Of a stretch of DNA of 10,774 nucleotides, positions 1 through 5,653 are shown one piece after another; position 1 is the stretch's first letter, and the number at the start of each line of letters is the position of its first letter. The notes beneath the pieces are model-generated. The model searched no databases, was not told where the DNA came from, and saw only the letters and a program-made list of their open reading frames with translations. This DNA is from Oligoflexales bacterium (lineage in GTDB: Bacteria > Bdellovibrionota_B > Oligoflexia > Oligoflexales > Bog-1112), in contig JBGCDR010000280.1 in the NCBI GenBank assembly GCA_045105515.1, forward strand, positions 1 through 10,774. Reading direction: 5' to 3'. The position numbers were made by a program, and so were the translations under genes.

Positions 1-95
1 ACGCAGCTTCTTCAAAGTTAAGAGTCAGAATTGATAAGCTTCGTGATGAAATAGGTTACGCAGCAGCAGGTCTTTGGAACTATAAAATAACATAA
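1..95 (+). CDS. Probable 3' end of a gene running in from the left edge (unknown product)
   Basis: Frame starting at 3 is open (AASSKLRVRIDKLRDEIGYAAAGLWNYKIT) to TAA at 93-95. The other two + frames stop within 35 nt. It ends about 30 nt before the convergent stop of the receiver gene. Confidence 0.5.
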   Translation, partial: AASSKLRVRIDKLRDEIGYAAAGLWNYKIT

Positions 96-124
96 ATTAA
101 GCTACCAAAGGGTTTTATCAATTG

Positions 125-580
125 TTAGACAACTCTAATACTCTTGGTTATGGTTACTTGTTGCTTCTTATACCAAACACAATCTTGATATAGGTTGCTG
201 ATAGCTTGCAAAAACGCTTGTTCTTGCAAAGGTTTTTCATAAATACCCGTTAAAGGAAACTCTTCCACAATTGAAAATTCTTTTTTTGATAAAAAACCTG
301 AAATCACTAGTACTGGAATATCGCAGTAAAATCGATGTTGTCTAAAGCGATTAACCAAAGCAAGTCCATCTAATTTTCCGTCTATCTTCCAGTCAAGTAC
401 TATAAAATCGTAGTGAAAACCTTGTGCTGTTTTCCATGCTTCTTCGCCATTATGGGTGCAGTCCACTTTCACATGATCATTCTGGCTGAACCAATGATTC
501 ATAAGGTAGCCGAGATCTTCTTCATCATCTACAAACAGGATTGATTTTGGTAAGTTTAGTTTTTTGTTTCCTGCAACCAT
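125..580 (-). CDS. Response regulator, stand-alone receiver (REC/CheY-like) domain with short C-terminal tail
   Basis: ILFVDD (D18/D19), FIVLDW (phosphoacceptor D63), LDGLAL, IPVLVISG (S94) and EKP (K116) are all present. No output domain. Confidence 0.92.
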   Translation of the reverse strand: MVAGNKKLNLPKSILFVDDEEDLGYLMNHWFSQNDHVKVDCTHNGEEAWKTAQGFHYDFIVLDWKIDGKLDGLALVNRFRQHRFYCDIPVLVISGFLSKKEFSIVEEFPLTGIYEKPLQEQAFLQAISNLYQDCVWYKKQQVTITKSIRVV

Positions 581-616
581 TTGGCTCAGCCCTTACTGCT
601 AACTTCTTAAGAACCA

Positions 617-643
617 TGCTCGGCGGTAATCCATCAAATATTA
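617..643 (-). promoter_or_regulatory. Sigma28 (FliA)-like promoter for the receiver gene
   Basis: Minus strand reads TAATATTT-N11-GCCGAGCA versus consensus TAAAGTTT-N11-GCCGATAA, with correct spacing, 36 nt before the ATG. Confidence 0.6.
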
Positions 644-769
644 AAATAAATCTGCAGATAATTTGAGATTAGGCTAAATATTATCGCTAAGAGGCTTGAA
701 ACATTGTTTAATTACTTAATATCATGAATTATTTGTTTGTTATTTTACAGTTAATTTAAACAAAAATGT

Positions 770-796
770 TAAAGTTTTGCTAAGATTTTCCGAAAT
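770..796 (+). promoter_or_regulatory. Sigma28 (FliA)-like promoter for the 506-aa lipoprotein
   Basis: TAAAGTTT-N11-TCCGAAAT: perfect extended -35, correct spacing, CCGA core, 36 nt before the ATG. Confidence 0.68.
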
Positions 797-832
797 CACA
801 ATTGACGCAAACCCAGATTTTTATGGTTTTTT

Positions 833-2353
833 ATGTATCTACTCTTGATTACAACAATAATTTCTTTAGCTTTTGGAATTGGCTGTAAAACTAAGAAGGT
901 CAATACCCCTAGTACTTATATAAAACCAATTGAACCGGAAGAACCAAAAGAAGAAAAAATTATTAGCCCAATATCCCCATTGCAGCCTAGGGAAGAGGTT
1001 TTGGGTGAAAATTTGCAGACTCAGGAAGCAAAATTTGAAGAAAAAGAAACCGGAAAACATAAGTCTCTAAAAATATTAGCAGAACCTGATCCAGATGCAG
1101 ACTATGTTCAGTTTGCAATCTGCCAAAAAGAAAATTCCAAAAACTGTAACCCTTCTGTCAAAAACCCTTTAGCCTTTGCTGCACACATGCATACCTTTCC
1201 AGATCCCCCCGAAGGGGAGCTTGAAGTCTATATTCGTTCATGTGTTGCTCCAAATCGCGCAGTCAATTACCAGCGCCCTTGCGGAAACTGGCTGATTGAA
1301 CCCTACGTCCAAACTTACAATTATAACGGCGAAATACGTAAGCTACTCATAGACAATTATATTGCCAGCCAACACATACTAAAGGAATGTCATAAAATTC
1401 AAGAAGCACTAGAAGAGTATCAAAGCAAGAATAGCAAATCACAATCACAGTTTGATACCCTGGTTGCCAATTATTTGAACCATATTCCTCCTGAAACCTG
1501 CAAAACCTTGATGCTTTCCCAAGAATGGCAAGCGCTGGAAGAGCAGATTGCTAGGGAAAGTGAAAATATTGATTCGCAAAAAGAAAAAGAAGGTTCGACA
1601 ATTCTGCTATCTTTGGGAGTCCCAGCTTTTATTTTTGGAATTGTTTCTTATTCTACTGGTGTGGTTTACAAAAATCGTTTTGATAAAGATGTAGCAAAGT
1701 ACTGGACCCATTTAATTAGAACTTACGCTGAAGAGACACCAAGACTTAAACCTTATGATTCCCTAAAAGAGATCAACAGTAGGCTGACAGAAGTAGATGC
1801 CTATATTGAAGCTATTGAGCGAAAATCGGATGCTGATAAAGTAGTTTATGAAAAGCAGCTAAAATCATTAGAAACAGAACAAGGTTTCCTAAAAGCCTAT
1901 CAGGAATTCGCAGAACTTAATGGTCTTCAAATCCTGACAAAGGATGATGAAAAGCTAAAGATAAAGATAGAAGAACTTGCGAAAAATACCAACAGCGAAA
2001 AAATGTCTATAGAGTCAAAATGGGTCAGACAAGCTGAGATCAATAAGATCACCGAGATTGATTCTCGCCTTAACGGCGGTGGACTAATAAAGGGGATAGA
2101 ACCGTTTGCAATCAAAAAGCCTGATCTGAAGCCCAAGAAATCGTTTTTTAGCGACCTTAAATATGCAGGTATTATCAGTACTGCCATAGGAGCAATTCTA
2201 ATCGGAGTCGAGGTCTTTGGCTTAGAAGTGCGAACTGTTTCAGATATAGATACGACTAAAAAGAAACTCGATTTAATCTATGAAAAGATCAATGCTATCC
2301 GATCAGAAATCAAAGATAGGCAAAACCAAATCAATAATCTTACTCAGAACTAG
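833..2353 (+). CDS. Hypothetical lipoprotein with Cys-containing N-terminal domain, two internal hydrophobic helices and coiled-coil segments
   Basis: 506-aa ORF. Hydrophobic leader ends FGIG-C18, followed by a Pro/Glu-rich linker and paired Cys. Hydrophobic stretches at about aa 256-279 and 444-464; E/K/L-rich helical segments. Confidence 0.8.
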   Translation: MYLLLITTIISLAFGIGCKTKKVNTPSTYIKPIEPEEPKEEKIISPISPLQPREEVLGENLQTQEAKFEEKETGKHKSLKILAEPDPDADYVQFAICQKENSKNCNPSVKNPLAFAAHMHTFPDPPEGELEVYIRSCVAPNRAVNYQRPCGNWLIEPYVQTYNYNGEIRKLLIDNYIASQHILKECHKIQEALEEYQSKNSKSQSQFDTLVANYLNHIPPETCKTLMLSQEWQALEEQIARESENIDSQKEKEGSTILLSLGVPAFIFGIVSYSTGVVYKNRFDKDVAKYWTHLIRTYAEETPRLKPYDSLKEINSRLTEVDAYIEAIERKSDADKVVYEKQLKSLETEQGFLKAYQEFAELNGLQILTKDDEKLKIKIEELAKNTNSEKMSIESKWVRQAEINKITEIDSRLNGGGLIKGIEPFAIKKPDLKPKKSFFSDLKYAGIISTAIGAILIGVEVFGLEVRTVSDIDTTKKKLDLIYEKINAIRSEIKDRQNQINNLTQN

Positions 2354-2875
2354 GTGCATGAACTTTGGTATGCCAAGCCACCTGTTTTAATTTCAAAATC
2401 TGACTGAATACACGAGCTCTGCATAGATACCCTTGTATGCGATTGCTAGAATTCACTACTGGTAAAAAATTTCGATCATTTATTTCTGCAAAATAATCGA
2501 TAGCCAAGCCTAAAGAATCTGTTTCATTGACAGTTTCAATTCGTTTATCCATAAGCTGTCCCACCTGAGTAGCGGTCGAGTTTTGAAACCCGTAATCCAA
2601 CACATACTGAAAGCACTTTTGTACAGATAAATAGCCTACAGGGATCAAGTTTTTTTTACTAAAATTAAATCAGCGAAGCCATTTTTTGTAAGCAATTCCT
2701 CAACTTTCCACAGAGAATCAGTATCAAAAATCGGCTTAAAAGATTTGCTCATAATTTTTTTGATATTTTGGTATCCGCTCAAGTATTCTTTTTTAACCAA
2801 CCAGTTAGTACGGCTACAACTTACTTGGGAACTACCAATTAAGTTGCTTCCTTTCAGCATTGTTTCGCTAAGCAT
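2340..2875 (-). pseudogene. CBS-pair (Bateman module) protein split by a single-base frameshift at an A8 run; pseudogene, recoded gene or assembly error
   Basis: ORFs 2645..2890 and 2340..2648 join when one A is added at the run (T8 at 2650-2657 on +). This gives IKKIMSK..PIFDTDSLWKVEELL..ADLILVKKNLIPVGYLS and VGQLMDK..TVNETDSLGLAIDYF..FLPVVNSSNRIQGYL, two CBS repeats, about 178 aa from ATG 2875. Confidence 0.82.
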
Positions 2876-2897
2876 CGTATTTCCATCCAATAAAAAA

Positions 2898-3260
2898 CTA
2901 ATAGTACTCAGAGTAGTAATAAGGATAAAAAGAATCCCTATTATATTCCAACGCCTTGTTTTCGCTTATTTTTTTGATTTGAATTTTTAGATTCTCTACC
3001 ATGCTATTTATCGAATCAAGCATCTTATGTGAATTGCCCTGACATTTGATGATAGACCCATCTGCTTTTGCTAATACTCCCTCAACCGTAAAGCCCTCAC
3101 CTTCACCCTCGTTTACTTGTTTATAAAATAATAGTCTAAGCGATACCGCTTGCAGATGATCAAGCAAACCACTCTCTTCTAAAACCACAAGCTTTAGTTT
3201 GGCATAATCTTCACAAAACTCGGGATTATCGATGTGTTTAAAAGAAAATACCTTTTCCAT
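2898..3260 (-). CDS. Divergent HPF/RaiA (S30AE) ribosome hibernation factor-like protein, copy 1
   Basis: FSFKHID..EDYAKLKL..FTVEGVL..IKCQGNSHKMLDSINSMVENLKIQIKK follows the HPF pattern (beta strand-helix..VE..DMYxAIDxxxxKLxxQLxK). SD AGGGGGAG lies 6 nt before ATG 3260 (GTG 3263 is an alternative start). Confidence 0.72.
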   Translation of the reverse strand: MEKVFSFKHIDNPEFCEDYAKLKLVVLEESGLLDHLQAVSLRLLFYKQVNEGEGEGFTVEGVLAKADGSIIKCQGNSHKMLDSINSMVENLKIQIKKISENKALEYNRDSFYPYYYSEYY

Positions 3261-3310
3261 CACAAGCTCCCCCTGTAGGGCATCTAAGCAAAACCCCTAA
3301 CTATAGGCCA

Positions 3311-3326
3311 TGCATATTATATGCCA
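3311..3326 (-). promoter_or_regulatory. Sigma54 (RpoN) -24/-12 promoter for HPF copy 1 and the CBS gene
   Basis: Minus strand TGGCATATAATATGCA: GG-N10-GC with the TGGCA head; predicted +1 near 3300. Confidence 0.8.
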
Positions 3327-3535
3327 TAATCATTCATTGTACATCTACAAAGTAGTTTTAGGGAGAGTTGAAATCTTAAACATAGACCCAGGTTTTCATT
3401 GCCAGTAAAATCGGTATATCCTCTTCTCGGAAATGCACGCTGAGCAAAGAAAAGCTAAAACAACAATGTTTAAAATCAGTTTAAAAAACCCACAACACCA
3501 CCTTTTACCAGCTTATTAAGAAAGAATAATCGACA

Positions 3536-3590
3536 AAGAAAACTTTTCTTAGTCTGTGTGATTTGATCATATAAGAGTTAAATTTCACAG
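3536..3590. promoter_or_regulatory. Candidate upstream activator (enhancer) sites
   Basis: Perfect palindrome AAGAAAA-C-TTTTCTT (3536-3550), TGTGAT-N3-ATCATA (3557-3571), and imperfect inverted repeat CTGTGtgATTTg / tAAATttCACAG (3554-3565 / 3579-3590), all between the two sigma54 promoters. Confidence 0.4.
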
Positions 3591-3653
3591 GACAACCATA
3601 CAATGGCCGCTGGAATCAGCCAAGAAGCCTATTTCGCACAATAGGTTTCGCTT

Positions 3654-3669
3654 TGGCATATACTTTGCT
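3654..3669 (+). promoter_or_regulatory. Sigma54 (RpoN) -24/-12 promoter for HPF copy 2
   Basis: TGGCATATACTTTGCT: GG (3655-3656)-N10-GC (3667-3668), matching TGGCA-N7-TTGCW-type consensus spacing; predicted +1 near 3680. Confidence 0.88.
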
Positions 3670-3743
3670 AATGTTCCCAAGTAGAGCGGCATGCTGAACC
3701 TGAGTCATTGCCATAAGCGGAGATAAACCTGAAAGGAAGCTCC

Positions 3744-4178
3744 ATGAGTATTGAATTTTTCAACAAAGGTATGGAACCATCTGAGTATCTTAACCAGACG
3801 ATCAGTCAAAAGCTTGAAAAAACAGTCAACAAATATTTTAATACCCCAGTCAGCATCCATGTCACGTATCATGTTGAAAACCATGACCACATGATTAATC
3901 TAAAAGTTTTTGTAAATAAGCAAGTTGATTTCACCATCCAGGCTGCTACAGCGAATATGTATCAGACCACTGAAAAAGTCATTGAAAAGCTTAATGCGAA
4001 ACTTCACAAACTAAAGGAAATTCGGGCAAACAAAGATCATCGCAGTATACGTGCCTTGAGCCCCGAGACAAAAATTTCAGATGATGACTCACGAGATTAT
4101 ATCAGTGCTGAAGATATTATAAAATTTGAGCAGGCCAAAAGAATTCAAGAAGAGATACCTGGAGCAAGCAAAGGCTAA
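3744..4178 (+). CDS. hpf: HPF/RaiA (S30AE) ribosome hibernation factor-like protein, copy 2, with non-canonical C-terminal extension
   Basis: IEFFNKGMEPSEYLNQTISQKLEK..KYF..IHVTYHVE..IQAATANMYQTTEKVIEKLNAKLHKLKE matches the HPF N-terminal domain. SD AAGGA precedes the ATG. Confidence 0.85.
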   Translation: MSIEFFNKGMEPSEYLNQTISQKLEKTVNKYFNTPVSIHVTYHVENHDHMINLKVFVNKQVDFTIQAATANMYQTTEKVIEKLNAKLHKLKEIRANKDHRSIRALSPETKISDDDSRDYISAEDIIKFEQAKRIQEEIPGASKG

Positions 4179-4227
4179 TAGCGACCGGTAATACTATCCC
4201 CTCTTTTCCTAACCGAAATTTTGTCCT

Positions 4228-4264
4228 CACAATTTAATCAACTCTAATGAAATTGTGTTAGACT
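4228..4264 (+). promoter_or_regulatory. Extended -10 promoter overlapped by an inverted-repeat operator candidate
   Basis: TG-N-TAGACT at 4256-4264; CACAATTT (4228-4235)-N14-AAATTGTG (4250-4257). Confidence 0.45.
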
Positions 4265-4299
4265 GAAAATGCACTACCCCACAAAAATGAGCAAAATAA

Positions 4300-5421
4300 A
4301 TGCAAGTAGCACCAAGTTATTCGCGTACCAAGATGTTCGGTTCAATTCGTTCTCTCTATGTGGATCGATTTGACTATCCTAATAATCAAAAAGTTTGCGT
4401 TCTTGCCAACGGATTCATTGAAAACGGGCATTGGTATCAAGTCAAAATAAACGGTAAATCCTTTTGCGATTTTCTAACAAAGCTTGGTTATGATGTCCAT
4501 GTTCTCAGCTTTTATCCACAAAAACTCCTATTTGAATCCAAAAGTCAAACTACAGACGTCAGCTTTAATAAAATCGTATGCAAGCTCTTACCTGCTTACC
4601 ACAAACGTCTAAGCCAGAAATACAAACACATCCACTATTTAGGCCATAGTTATGGAGCCACGCTGATTCTGGCTTTTTTAATGGGTTATGAACCCATAGA
4701 TAAGCCTATTAATAAAGCCAACTTCACTGCTAACAGAAGCATCGCAAAGTGCAATCAAGAAAATGTTGAATCCTTTACGAGTCTATCAGGGTTTTACGGA
4801 CTCAACTGGGATTTTTTTGAAACTAATTATTTCTCTCCAATTAATTTAATCAAGAGTCTTGGATTGAATCGCAAAAAATTAACTTTTGAAGGTGCAATTA
4901 TAAAGCCGATCATAAGAAAACTTCCCAATATGGTTCCTTACCTTCCTACAGATTTTTTATACGCTATCAAATACTTCCCACTGAAATACAGTGTAGGAGA
5001 AATTTTGAATAGATTCGTCCCTCAGACTATGGTCCCTTTTATTTACAGAAAAAATGTTGATATCAAAGCTTTCACCGAAGCTATCACCTACGGATCTTAT
5101 AGAGAATCATGGGAAACCATTGACACCATGCTTAGTATCGAAAAAAACAGAAATTTTGCCAAACCCTGGAAAAGCAATGCCCTTCGTTCTTTTAATAAAG
5201 ATTTAAAGAACTTGCGCCTACCAAGCTTGTTTGTCCAAGGGGACAAAGATATTATCACTCCTGTTAGCATCATAGAGAAGAGAGCTTTTGAACTAATAGG
5301 AAGTCGCAAGAAGGAGTTTATAACCCTCAAAGAGACAGGCCATCAAGACATCCTCACACCCAGGGATCCTAGGCCTCTACAACAAATCCTCGGCAATTGG
5401 TTCTCTGATGTTGAAGCCTAA
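4300..5421 (+). CDS. Alpha/beta-fold hydrolase (esterase/lipase-like), cytoplasmic
   Basis: GHSYG nucleophile elbow (S117), QGDKDII (D317) and TGHQD (H348) give an intact triad. No signal peptide. Confidence 0.9.
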   Translation: MQVAPSYSRTKMFGSIRSLYVDRFDYPNNQKVCVLANGFIENGHWYQVKINGKSFCDFLTKLGYDVHVLSFYPQKLLFESKSQTTDVSFNKIVCKLLPAYHKRLSQKYKHIHYLGHSYGATLILAFLMGYEPIDKPINKANFTANRSIAKCNQENVESFTSLSGFYGLNWDFFETNYFSPINLIKSLGLNRKKLTFEGAIIKPIIRKLPNMVPYLPTDFLYAIKYFPLKYSVGEILNRFVPQTMVPFIYRKNVDIKAFTEAITYGSYRESWETIDTMLSIEKNRNFAKPWKSNALRSFNKDLKNLRLPSLFVQGDKDIITPVSIIEKRAFELIGSRKKEFITLKETGHQDILTPRDPRPLQQILGNWFSDVEA

Positions 5422-5653
5422 GAATATTGATAAAAATGAATTAGCTTAATCAAAAAGACCAGTAGGCAGTTTTTGTTAATAATTCGCTAGAGCTTCACAA
5501 GCCTATTTCTATCTTTTCAAAATATGTATCACTTTCCTTAGTTTTAAAGCAAATATTAATAGGCACTTACAGCCCTGCAAAAAAGTCCCTTTCTATTCAA
5601 CCATAAACTGTCGATCAGGAGATAAGCGCAATCTGTATAGGGATCTACTGACT

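Noticed and set aside
866..2187. Minus-strand ORFs 866..1060 and 1927..2187
   Set aside because: Antisense shadows of the K/E-rich 506-aa gene.
2885..2905. HPF1-CBS fusion by stop read-through
   Set aside because: The CBS frame is offset from the HPF1 frame and the read-through frame stops again within about 10 codons, so both read-through and a frameshift would be needed.
2745..2990. 81-aa + strand hydrophobic ORF
   Set aside because: Antisense to the HPF1 and CBS genes, which have recognisable motifs.
3557..3571. CRP or FNR site
   Set aside because: TGTGA-N5-TCATA is one base short of CRP spacing (N6) and does not fit TTGAT-N4-ATCAA.
3705..5330. Minus-strand ORFs 3705..3890 and 5097..5330
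   Set aside because: Antisense to HPF copy 2 and the hydrolase; no motifs.
4300..5421. PHA synthase (PhaC) call
   Set aside because: The nucleophile is Ser (GHSYG), not the Cys of GxCxG, and no pha genes are nearby.
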